This document shows, piece by piece, positions 38,717-47,966 of a DNA stretch of 64,000 bases (position 1 is its first letter; every line of letters begins with the position of its first letter). The stretch covers positions 96,001-160,000 of the forward strand of contig CAZJVP010000020.1 in the NCBI GenBank assembly GCA_964549615.1, read 5' to 3'. The notes beneath the pieces were generated by a model that saw nothing but the letters and a program-made list of their open reading frames with translations, searched no databases and had not been told where the DNA came from. The position numbers were made by a program, and so were the translations under genes. Origin of the DNA: an uncultured Thermococci archaeon (lineage in GTDB: Archaea > CAYQAE01 > CAYVLA01).

Positions 38717-40621
38717 TTGCGCCAGATGCACGCGGTTGATATAAATTGTATCGTCAGGGAACTCCAATCGATCATCGGTTCGAGGGTTGACAAGGTCTTC
38801 CAGGACAACCCAAGACAGATCAGGATTCGGTTCTACGGCGGGCCGTCTGGGCGAGCGGAGCTCCTGATCGAGGCGGGAAGAAGAATTCACCTGACGGAGT
38901 ACAGGAGGAAGAGCCCCAAGCTCCCGACGAGTTTCGCAATGTTCCTTAGGAAGCATTTGTCCAACCGAGTTTTGTCCGCCGTATCGCAGCACGATTTCGA
39001 TAGGATAGTGTTGCTCGAGTTCGGCGACATCACCTTGGTTGCGGAGATATTCTCCCAGGGAAACATCGTCCTCCTTGACCGCGACTCCCAGGTCATGCTT
39101 TCCCTCAAGAAAGGACCCGAGGATCGGGTATCCAAGGGCAAGCAGTATGCCTTTCCCAAGCCCCCCGTTTCCCCGTTCGAGATCGCGGACGTGAACGCCC
39201 TTCGCGCAAGCCTTCAACGCGCCGACCTGGTTCGATCGCTGGCCGTGGATCTTGGACTGGGCAAACTCTATGCAGAGGAACTCTGCGCAACCACGGGGTT
39301 GGACAAGGGGACGAAGCCGTCGGAGCTCACTGATCAGGAAGCGCTTGCCATAATCGACTGGATCAAGAAGCTGGAGAGATCCGTATCCGATCCCAAGGAA
39401 CCGGTCATCTATGGGCAAGCGGGGCCGGAGGAGTTCTCGCCCTTCCCACTCGAATCAAGAAAAGACGAGAACCCCACCATTGCAAGGAGCTTCAACGAAG
39501 CCGCGGATCGCTGCTACGCTCATGGCGAGGTGAAGGAGGCGGAGCAGGAGGCGGCCTTGCGAAGAGAGGATGCTTCTCGCAAGCTTGTGGAGAGGCTCCA
39601 GATCCAGCAGACCCAGCTGGAACAGCTTCGATCCAAGGCAAGACAACTGAGGGAGCTCGGCGACCTCGTGTACTCCAACTTCCAGGTCCTGTCGGAATTG
39701 GTGGAGGAGCTTCGCCGCCAGCCCAAAGTATCTAGGCAGAGCATCCTTGAGCCCCTAGCCAAGAAAGGTTTGCGCGACGGTCTCGTCGCTTACGACCCAG
39801 CCACCAGGACCATCACCCTTAGGATCAACGGCGTTGATGTCCCATTGAACCTTCGCCTCACTCTCGGAGAGAACGCGGCCGCATTCTACGACAAGGCGAA
39901 GGACCTAGAGGCGCGCGCGGAGGGAGCGGCACGGGCACTCGCACGCACAAAGATCGAGCTGAGCTCCTCACTTATTAAGGAAGAAGCCCCACCTGCCTTG
40001 GAACTTCGGCCGCAGAAGAAGGAGTGGTACGAGAAGTACAAATGGTTCTTCAGCTCCGACTTGAACCTGATCATAGCTGGGCGCGACGCCCGATCCAACG
40101 AGATCCTAGTGAGGAAGTACCTGGAGGACCAAGACATCTACGTTCACAGCGATACGCCGGGAGCCCCGTCGACGATTGTCAAGCCACATGACGGTCGGAT
40201 CGGGCCCCAAGCTATCCGGGAGGCATGCATCTTCGCATTGATCCACTCGAAGACATGGAAGGCAGGGACCACGTCCGGCGACGTGTACTGGGTGAGAGGC
40301 GACCAGGTTACCAAGAGGCCGACCCCTGGGGAGTATGTCGCCCGAGGCTCCTTCGTCATACGGGGCAAGAGGAACTATCTCAGGGGGCTTGAGGCAAGGT
40401 GCGGCATCGGATGGTTTGGGAATCGATTCATGTGTGGGCCCCTTGAAGCTGTGGCCCATCGATGTTCCCCCGTCCTGGAGATTGCTCCGGGCGAGCAGAA
40501 GAAGAGCGACGTTGCGAAGGAAGTTATCAGGCGTCTGGCACCCAGGGATGTGCCTGCGGACCTGGATCAGGTCATTCAGGTCCTTCCCGGCCGCACCCTC
40601 AGGATCATCGATCGGGCTTAG
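38717..40621 (+). CDS. rqcH: Ribosome rescue protein RqcH / NFACT family
   Basis: FAMFLRKHL, QHDFDRIV, ENAAAFYDKAK, WYEKYKWF, AGRDARSNE, GSFVIRGKRN. Confidence 0.95.
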   Translation: MRQMHAVDINCIVRELQSIIGSRVDKVFQDNPRQIRIRFYGGPSGRAELLIEAGRRIHLTEYRRKSPKLPTSFAMFLRKHLSNRVLSAVSQHDFDRIVLLEFGDITLVAEIFSQGNIVLLDRDSQVMLSLKKGPEDRVSKGKQYAFPKPPVSPFEIADVNALRASLQRADLVRSLAVDLGLGKLYAEELCATTGLDKGTKPSELTDQEALAIIDWIKKLERSVSDPKEPVIYGQAGPEEFSPFPLESRKDENPTIARSFNEAADRCYAHGEVKEAEQEAALRREDASRKLVERLQIQQTQLEQLRSKARQLRELGDLVYSNFQVLSELVEELRRQPKVSRQSILEPLAKKGLRDGLVAYDPATRTITLRINGVDVPLNLRLTLGENAAAFYDKAKDLEARAEGAARALARTKIELSSSLIKEEAPPALELRPQKKEWYEKYKWFFSSDLNLIIAGRDARSNEILVRKYLEDQDIYVHSDTPGAPSTIVKPHDGRIGPQAIREACIFALIHSKTWKAGTTSGDVYWVRGDQVTKRPTPGEYVARGSFVIRGKRNYLRGLEARCGIGWFGNRFMCGPLEAVAHRCSPVLEIAPGEQKKSDVAKEVIRRLAPRDVPADLDQVIQVLPGRTLRIIDRA

Positions 40622-40737
40622 TCTGCCGGACGATTCCAATCAGAAGCTCGAAATAGACACTTTTATTAGCGAACACGGGCCGCAAAAAACCGTTCACAAT
40701 TGGTCGTTTAAAGAACAGCTGAACAGAGGGCCGGCTG

Positions 40738-41280
40738 ATGTCTGAGATGCCTGTCAGGGAAGCAATGAAGAGCGACCTGGTCACCGTCAACCGTGGCGAG
40801 ACCATGGACAAGGTAGCCCGCCTCATGACGCAGTGGAACGTCGATGTCGTAGTCGTGATCGAGGGCGGCAAGCCCGTGGGCCTCGTAACAGGGAAGGATA
40901 TACTGACCCAGCTGGTCGCCGAGGACAAGAAGCCATCCAAGGTCCGCGTCCAAGACATCATGTCCTCGCCCCTCATCACGGTGTCGGGGGACGAGACGGT
41001 GTCGGACGCCCTGGACAAGATGATGGAGTTCGACGTCAGCCAACTGCCGGTCTTGGACGGCAACGATCTCATCGGCATAATCTCCAAGGAGGATATCTCG
41101 ACCGCAAAGGAGAAGAGCTATCGGCTGTACGAGCCGGTCGAGGAATACAGATCCGAGGAGGACTACCCGGGCCCGGCGATCTGCGAGATATGCGGCCAAC
41201 ACAACGTCCACCTGCGCGAGGTGAACGGTCGCTACGTCTGCGACGACTGCGCCAACATCGCGGAAACCGACAACTTCTAG
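40738..41280 (+). CDS. CBS-pair protein with C-terminal zinc ribbon
   Basis: Two CBS repeats, then CEICG...YVCDDC. Confidence 0.88.
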   Translation: MSEMPVREAMKSDLVTVNRGETMDKVARLMTQWNVDVVVVIEGGKPVGLVTGKDILTQLVAEDKKPSKVRVQDIMSSPLITVSGDETVSDALDKMMEFDVSQLPVLDGNDLIGIISKEDISTAKEKSYRLYEPVEEYRSEEDYPGPAICEICGQHNVHLREVNGRYVCDDCANIAETDNF

Positions 41281-42971
41281 GAACCTTTAGCGGTCAAGGA
41301 CCATCGAAGCCCCTTTATGGCCTTCCCCTCTTCCCCGATGATTCTGAAGTAGAATCCCCATGCACCGCGATGGTTGGTCACCTTCAGCATGATAGGGATC
41401 GTTCCCCCCGGTAGTTCGACCGTCATCCGGTCCTGATCGGGTTCGGCGCCCCTTATTTTGTCGAGCGCGAAGACCTGCCTGCCCCCGATCCAGAGCTTTG
41501 CCCCGTCGTCGCTTCCGAGGAGCACCACGCCCCTTGCCCGATCGCGGACATTAGCGTACGTAAGGGCGTACGCGCACATATGCTCATGCGGATGCATGAT
41601 TCGGCGCAGATCCACGAAACCCGTGCTCGCCACGCGGGCCGGGCGCCACCTAACCCTGCCCGATGCACCTTCATACGACGCATCAAGGTCGATCTCCATC
41701 TCCGGCGGGTACGCGGTCGAGAAGCCAACGCCTTCACGGTTGTCAAAGGGCCCAATGACGTTCCAAGCCTTCGGGGAACCCCAGGGGGACAGAAAGTCCA
41801 CCGTCTTCCCCTCGCGGATCCTGCGGGCAGCTTCGCGGATCCTTGAGTCGGGGAACGGCTCTGCTTTCCGCATGACGTCTATGTAGTCCTCAAGGTTCTC
41901 AACCACCGGCAGCTCGTCGCTCGCTTGCCCGTTGTATCGCACCATCTCGTCCTTGCTAAGCTGCCAGAGCGTTGAGCCATGGCAGTATATCCAGACGTAT
42001 CTCTTGCAGACCATGCGCGAGACTGCGAACTGCGTTCGGAACTCTTGGACGGAGTAGTTCTCGCTCTTGTCCGCATAAGACCCAACTATCCTGTCGCCAA
42101 ACTTCTCCCTCTTGCCCCCGTAGCCGAGGAACTTGCCCGTCTCGTCGAAGATCTGACGATAGTACCCCAGCGGCCAGAGCCCGAAGGAGATCGAACATCT
42201 TTGCCTCCAATACGGCCGCGATTCCCTGGCCAGGATCGCCTTAGCGAGCGCGTTTAGATCCTGTGCGTATCTGATGAGCCATTCGGGGTTAGTCCTAAGG
42301 TACGTCTCCTCGGTCAGGAGGTGCAGTCCCCCCGGGCAATCGCGGTCTGCCATCTCAACGCACATGCCACGGAAGAGGTCCGCAGCGAGCTCCCCGTAGC
42401 ACTCCGGTCCCTGAGGGAGGTGAAGGACTTCCATCTCCGGGAATTCCTCGACCATGGATCGCACTATCTGGGCTCCCCGTTGCTCGGACTTCTCGCGCAG
42501 ACGCGAGAACGGGTACCCCGGTTTCCTGTAGCCCTCCCACGATAGGTCGTAGATCTCACTGACGTACTCGATGTCTATGGCAAGCCCCCGGAAAAGGCCC
42601 TCGCGCGCAAAGATCGCGGCCTGCCTGAAGTTCTCCAACAACCGCGCCCATCCCGAATCGTCAAACCAGTCGGGCAGGCGGGTGTAAAAGGCTACCTTGA
42701 TGAAGTTCCGATCGATGCCTTGTTCCGCGCACGCCCGGTTCATCGCCCTGGTCCGTCGAAGAAGGGGATTGCTCGCCCCGACTATGCGTTTGCCATCCGC
42801 AAACCACACATCGCTGTCCCAGTTCGACATTATCTTGGCGAGCATGAAGCCCCGTATTCCGCGTTGCGCCCAAGCACCCGCAGTGTCCGCCACATACTCA
42901 AAGGGGATAGTGGCGAACAGTAGGGTGGCCGGATATTGCGAAGGCGCTTCCTGAGAATCCAACTCGATCAT
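41277..42971 (-). CDS. Putative TIM-barrel glycoside hydrolase with C-terminal PA14-like carbohydrate-binding domain
   Basis: FRGLAIDIEY motif; C-terminal WNVIGPFDN...AYA...GSDDGAKLW domain. Confidence 0.6.
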   Translation of the reverse strand: MIELDSQEAPSQYPATLLFATIPFEYVADTAGAWAQRGIRGFMLAKIMSNWDSDVWFADGKRIVGASNPLLRRTRAMNRACAEQGIDRNFIKVAFYTRLPDWFDDSGWARLLENFRQAAIFAREGLFRGLAIDIEYVSEIYDLSWEGYRKPGYPFSRLREKSEQRGAQIVRSMVEEFPEMEVLHLPQGPECYGELAADLFRGMCVEMADRDCPGGLHLLTEETYLRTNPEWLIRYAQDLNALAKAILARESRPYWRQRCSISFGLWPLGYYRQIFDETGKFLGYGGKREKFGDRIVGSYADKSENYSVQEFRTQFAVSRMVCKRYVWIYCHGSTLWQLSKDEMVRYNGQASDELPVVENLEDYIDVMRKAEPFPDSRIREAARRIREGKTVDFLSPWGSPKAWNVIGPFDNREGVGFSTAYPPEMEIDLDASYEGASGRVRWRPARVASTGFVDLRRIMHPHEHMCAYALTYANVRDRARGVVLLGSDDGAKLWIGGRQVFALDKIRGAEPDQDRMTVELPGGTIPIMLKVTNHRGAWGFYFRIIGEEGKAIKGLRWSLTAKGS

Positions 42972-43215
42972 CCTCGCCAGTAGCCCAGGTGCTGCGGATA
43001 ATTATTTCGCACCATTCCCGCGAAAGACTCCCGTGGTTGCGAGCATTGCCCGCTTGCCCAGTTTCGGGACGATCGTCCTAGTATCCGTGATATCGGGTTC
43101 AACTCTGATCCACAGGAGGAAGGCATCCTGCCCGAAGACATGGGTCCGACGGGCACCATCGGCGACGCCCGGTCCAAGCTGAAGGCGAGCCCGAGACCTG
43201 CCATCCCACCTAAGG

Positions 43216-44082
43216 TCAGGACTGCAGGCGAATTGCCTCCGGCCCCTTCGTTGCCCCGAGAACCAGTTTGTAAGGAACCTCCTCCATCAGGTTCTCGATC
43301 CCGGATCTGGACTCAAAGATCGACGGGTCAAGGAACTCCTCTATCGGCCCCTCTTCCTTTGCCTCGCGGGACACGCCGTACCAGTATACGATCATCCCGT
43401 GGCCATAGGCCTCTTCGTACCGGCTGACCTGGTATCTGTGGTGTCTGCGTATGTGCTGCAGATCGCCGAAGAAGGCCTTGCTCTCAATCCAACAGATGTT
43501 GTTCCTGCCGTCTATCCTCTGCGGTGACTGAAAGAGAAAGTCAGGGGTCGGAATGCCGGCTCCAGCCTTTTGGTCCTGCTCGGTCTGGAACTTCAGCCCC
43601 TTCTCGGAAAGCCAACTGGTCAAGAGGGCCTCGCCCACCTTGCCGAGCTCCCGGTAGATCTGGAGGGACCAAGGGGAGTCCATGTAGTCCGACCTGACCA
43701 CCCTGGCTATCTCGGATGCCATTCGCCTGTGATCCCTGGGGAGGTCGTGCTCGATCTCAGTGCCCATGACCATCTTGCGGAAGTCCGTCTTCGACACCCC
43801 GATCTCCGATGCTATGATGCGACCGATCACGATTGGGGGAAACGACCTCATTCGGGCGATCGTCTCAACCGTTTCACCCCTTCTCCACTGTCCCGCCAAC
43901 CTGGGCGAGAGAGCCTTCACCTTCCAGTAGTTTCGTATCACGTACCGCCTGTAGTCCTGGGTGTGGATGGCTACCAAAAGACCCGTTGGCAGGCCGGTTG
44001 CCCGGTGGATTCGAGGAATGTCGCCGATCCATCTGATGCGAGACGATAGAGCCCGGCACTCCCTCTCAGTGAGTTCCCTCAA
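43216..44082 (-). CDS. CDIN1/C15orf41 (TPD domain) PD-(D/E)xK nuclease-like protein
   Basis: TPDFLF, WIESKAFFGD, QVSRY...YGHGMIVYWYG. Confidence 0.85.
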   Translation of the reverse strand: MRELTERECRALSSRIRWIGDIPRIHRATGLPTGLLVAIHTQDYRRYVIRNYWKVKALSPRLAGQWRRGETVETIARMRSFPPIVIGRIIASEIGVSKTDFRKMVMGTEIEHDLPRDHRRMASEIARVVRSDYMDSPWSLQIYRELGKVGEALLTSWLSEKGLKFQTEQDQKAGAGIPTPDFLFQSPQRIDGRNNICWIESKAFFGDLQHIRRHHRYQVSRYEEAYGHGMIVYWYGVSREAKEEGPIEEFLDPSIFESRSGIENLMEEVPYKLVLGATKGPEAIRLQS

Positions 44083-44189
44083 GAAACCATCTTCGAAAGC
44101 GCGGCCGTTCTCGGGCCGCCCAAACTATATCCTTAGGTATTTTTGTGATCTGCCAGATAAATGTCTTACCAATGCCGACCTTGCGTGCA

Positions 44190-45155
44190 TCAAGATTTCG
44201 CCAAGTCGGCGCTCCGGCCCCTTCGGACCTTCTCGCCGTACCATCCTCCGGTAACGTGCAGGTAGGCATTTACCGCCGCGGTGATCCCTTGGCCCACAGC
44301 AACGCCGATCTGATGGACGCCACCCGTGATGTCCCCCGCAGCATAGACCCCCGGGACGTTCGTCTCCTGTCTCCGATTCACCACGATAAAGCCTTCCTCG
44401 TCGGTTGAGACCCCTGCATCCCTTGCCAGTTCACTTCGAGGCACCTCCCCGACGGCGATGAACACGCCATCAACCTCGATGCTCATGATCCTGCCGTCCC
44501 CAGTGTCCTGCAGGACCACTCGATCCACATCTTTCTCGCCCTGGATCTCCACGACCTGCTTGTTCCAGAGCATCTCGATCCCGCTGTCTAGGACTCGCTG
44601 CTTCAGGACAGCATCGGCCCTGAGATCCGATCTCCGGTGCGCCATGAAGACCTTCCCGGCGATCTGCCTTAGATACAGGGCCTCCATCGCCGCCGCGTTC
44701 CCCCCGCCCACCACCATCACTCTGCTCCCCCTGAAGAAAACGCCATCGCACACGGCACAGTAACTCACGCCGCGGCCCCTGAACCGCTCCTCTCCAGGGA
44801 CTCCCAGTCCCTTGTGGGTACAACCAGTAGCAATTATGACGGCGTCTGAGCGAATCTCATCAGAGGCGGTGACCACACGTTTGCTTTCCCTGCCAAGATC
44901 CAGCCGCACAACCGTCTCAGGGATGATTGTCCTGAGGCCGGCAGATTCAGCCTGCCGACGCATCCGGTCGACGAGTTCAAGCCCGCGGATCGCCTCGACC
45001 CCAGGGTAGTTCTCTACCAACCAAGCCTCAGCGGCCAGACCGCCTGCCACCTCACCTATCAGGATGGTCCGGATTCCAAGCCTGGCGCCATATAGGCCAG
45101 CCGAAAGGCCAGCCGGCCCCGCTCCGACGACCGCGAGGTCGCAATCCTGCGACAT
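44190..45155 (-). CDS. trxB: Thioredoxin-disulfide reductase
   Basis: GAGPAG, GVSYCAVCDG, GGGNAA, GVYAAGD. Confidence 0.93.
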   Translation of the reverse strand: MSQDCDLAVVGAGPAGLSAGLYGARLGIRTILIGEVAGGLAAEAWLVENYPGVEAIRGLELVDRMRRQAESAGLRTIIPETVVRLDLGRESKRVVTASDEIRSDAVIIATGCTHKGLGVPGEERFRGRGVSYCAVCDGVFFRGSRVMVVGGGNAAAMEALYLRQIAGKVFMAHRRSDLRADAVLKQRVLDSGIEMLWNKQVVEIQGEKDVDRVVLQDTGDGRIMSIEVDGVFIAVGEVPRSELARDAGVSTDEEGFIVVNRRQETNVPGVYAAGDITGGVHQIGVAVGQGITAAVNAYLHVTGGWYGEKVRRGRSADLAKS

Positions 45156-45410
45156 CCTCTCCTGAGCCTCACCGGAGGGGCACCAGAAAAATATGTCGCC
45201 AGGTATCTGAGCCCCGCTTCCCCGTGCGTGCTTGGCCCGCCTGTTGTCGCCTCAAGGACATTGCATTCGATGACATCGTCGCTTGGGCTATTCTCGATTC
45301 CAAGCATAAGCCTGGCCTGGCCAGGACCTGACTGCAACGGGGATTCGCGAACCCGCGGCAAGATACGCAAACTTGGCTTCATTTTTCAAGAAACGGTCCA
45401 ACTGCTCTAG

Positions 45411-47963
45411 GTGGGCCAAAGGATCGCTCCGTTGGACCTAGCAAGGCCCTTCGGATGTTTGGTTAGGAAGTCTCCCCACAAGGACGAGTTCACCATCTCA
45501 TTCTACCGCAAGGGTCTCATCCTCGCAGAAGCCCACATCGCCACCGTGGAAGACCTCAAACCCTTCAGGTGTCGAATCCATGCAAACGAAGTGGACTTCT
45601 TCATGCAGCCGAAGGAGCTCCTCGCAATAGTCAAGAAGGCAAGGCAGCTGGTCATGTTGGACGACGAAGCGACCAGAGCGGTGGGGCGACAACTCCAAGC
45701 TCTGTTTCATAGCGCTCCACAGGCCTGGGCGAAGCCTTGCAGGTTGTGCATGTTGCAGGGATCCGTCAAGATCCCGCTCCCGCCAATAAGGTATGGGGCC
45801 CAAGAGATATGTTTGAAGTGCGCCAAATCACAGTTGCTCAAGGAAGCACGTGCAAGAGGGTTCCAGGTGAACGACGCCTTGGCAGTTCACCTGGGGCGGG
45901 TGCTGGAGAGGGCGCGGGACTACGACACCGCCTCCAGGATCATCTCGGCTGAGTATGATCCGGACCGCGATTGGCATCTCAGCGTTTACGACGTGATCGA
46001 GAAGAAGCCGTCGAAAGGCGACAGAATGCCGATCGAGAAAATCGTCGATCTACACCCGAACCCGGATCATGCCGCCCAGCTAACATCAAGGCTCAAAGAG
46101 ATCGGCATCGAATCGCTGCTTCCCGTGCAGGCCGCGGCCGTCAAGGAAGGTCTTCTGAGCGGTCGTAACATCCTCATCGTTTCCTCCACTTCAAGTGGCA
46201 AGACCCTGATAGCGGAAATGGCTGGAATCCCGCGGGCCCTGGGCGGGGCCAAGTTCCTTTACCTGACGCCTTTGGTGGCGCTTGCCAACCTCCGATACTG
46301 TGAATTCGAGGGCAAGTACAGTGGGCTTGGCCTCAGGACTGCAATTAGGGTCGGAGTCGGCCGGATTAGGACGGGACGGAAGCTTGACCTCAACATGGAC
46401 ATCAAGGGCTCCCAGATAGTCGTCGGCACATACGAGGGGGTAGAGCAGACGCTGAGATCGGGCGCGGCCAGGCTCCTGGGCGAGGTAGGGGTCGTCGCGA
46501 TCGACGAGATCCAGAACCTTGCGGATAGCGAGAGGGGACCGAGGCTGGACGGTCTCATCAAGAAGCTCAAGGTTCTATTTCCCCGCGCTCAGTTCCTCTA
46601 CCTGTCTGCCACGGTTGGGAATCCGTCCGAGCTGGCAGCCCAGCTGAAGGCGCACCTCATCCTGCATGACGAGCGCCCGGTGCCCCTCGAGAGGCACGTC
46701 ATCCCCATATCGACGCCGGGCGAGAAGATGCGGCTAATGAGGAAACTGATCGAAAGGGAATTCGCCGCGGTCTCCCCCGAGGGTTACAGAGGCCAAACGC
46801 TGGTTTTCACGAACTCGCGCAGAAAGTGCCAACAGATCGCCGCCGCCCTCTCCAACCCCTCAGCGCCTGTCAAGGCCTACCACTCGGGACTTTCCTACGA
46901 GAGGAGGAGGGCGCTTGAGTCCGAGTTCATGAAACAGCAGATTGCGGCCGTTATCACGACCTCAGCTCTGGCAGCGGGTGTCGATCTCCCAGCCTCACAA
47001 GTTATCTTCGAGACCCTGGCAATGGGCATGGAATGGATCACCCCATCCGAATTCCACCAGATGCTGGGCAGGGCTGGCAGGTTGGGCTACCACGGAGCGG
47101 GGAAGGCCGTTATGCTGATCGAACCAGGCCGTACGTTCAGCAGGGCGGAGAAGCGTACGGAGGATCAGGTAGCGATGGATCTTCTCACGAGCAAAATCGA
47201 CCCGGTGAAGCCATCATACACCCAAGGACAGCTCGCCGAACAGATCCTTGCGGACGTGAGCACGTTCGGCGTTCTGAGTCCGTCCGAGCTTGAGCGGATC
47301 CAGGAAAACAGCGTGGGATTTGCATCCGAGACCGCGCCTCTCGTCGACGGGCTCGTGCGTTCGGGGATGGTCCGGAAAAGGGGCGGGTTTCTGGTGATAA
47401 CGAGCATCGGGCGGACCGCGTCCGAGTTCTTTCTCTCCGAGGAAGAAGTCGCCTTCATGGTAAGGGCCGTCAAGAAAGGTTCCCCTCCTTTGAGCACGGT
47501 CGTGGCAACGAGCGCCTTCGACCGGGTCTACGTATCCGAGAAGCTGCAGAAGAACATGGAGCGGTCATTCAAGAGGGAGACCTCCAGCAGATTCTTCGAT
47601 TCGGAGGTCCTGGACCTCCTATCGAGGCCCAAGGGCGTATTTTCAGACTGGTTCAAAGAAGCGATCGGGAGGATCACGCTCGACATCTTGGCCTGCGACT
47701 GTCGCGATTCGCCGCACTGCGAATGCCCCCCGAGGAAGCTATCGGCGATAATCCTGCAGCTGCGGATCTCCGGCCGCTCCCCGGAAGCCATATCGAACGA
47801 GATCATGGAGAGATACGGAATCGAGGTCTACCCGGGAGACGTCCTTGAGTACCTAAACGACGCCGCAAGGCTCAGCGAAGCACTGTGCAGGCTCTGCGAC
47901 GTATTGAACAGGCCCAAGCTCGCCGACAGATCCCACGAGCTCTACCTGAAGATCGTCGGATGA
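45411..47963 (+). CDS. Archaea-specific superfamily II DEAD/DEAH helicase (COG1202 / DUF5814 type)
   Basis: LLPVQ, TSSGKTL, IDEIQ, LSATVGNP, QMLGRAGR, C-terminal CDCRDSPHCEC and VYPGD. Confidence 0.92.
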   Translation: MGQRIAPLDLARPFGCLVRKSPHKDEFTISFYRKGLILAEAHIATVEDLKPFRCRIHANEVDFFMQPKELLAIVKKARQLVMLDDEATRAVGRQLQALFHSAPQAWAKPCRLCMLQGSVKIPLPPIRYGAQEICLKCAKSQLLKEARARGFQVNDALAVHLGRVLERARDYDTASRIISAEYDPDRDWHLSVYDVIEKKPSKGDRMPIEKIVDLHPNPDHAAQLTSRLKEIGIESLLPVQAAAVKEGLLSGRNILIVSSTSSGKTLIAEMAGIPRALGGAKFLYLTPLVALANLRYCEFEGKYSGLGLRTAIRVGVGRIRTGRKLDLNMDIKGSQIVVGTYEGVEQTLRSGAARLLGEVGVVAIDEIQNLADSERGPRLDGLIKKLKVLFPRAQFLYLSATVGNPSELAAQLKAHLILHDERPVPLERHVIPISTPGEKMRLMRKLIEREFAAVSPEGYRGQTLVFTNSRRKCQQIAAALSNPSAPVKAYHSGLSYERRRALESEFMKQQIAAVITTSALAAGVDLPASQVIFETLAMGMEWITPSEFHQMLGRAGRLGYHGAGKAVMLIEPGRTFSRAEKRTEDQVAMDLLTSKIDPVKPSYTQGQLAEQILADVSTFGVLSPSELERIQENSVGFASETAPLVDGLVRSGMVRKRGGFLVITSIGRTASEFFLSEEEVAFMVRAVKKGSPPLSTVVATSAFDRVYVSEKLQKNMERSFKRETSSRFFDSEVLDLLSRPKGVFSDWFKEAIGRITLDILACDCRDSPHCECPPRKLSAIILQLRISGRSPEAISNEIMERYGIEVYPGDVLEYLNDAARLSEALCRLCDVLNRPKLADRSHELYLKIVG

Positions 47964-47966
47964 TCT

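Noticed and set aside
42972-43215. GC-rich intergenic stretch considered as SRP or RNase P RNA
   Set aside because: The conserved SRP helix 8 and RNase P P4 motifs were not found.
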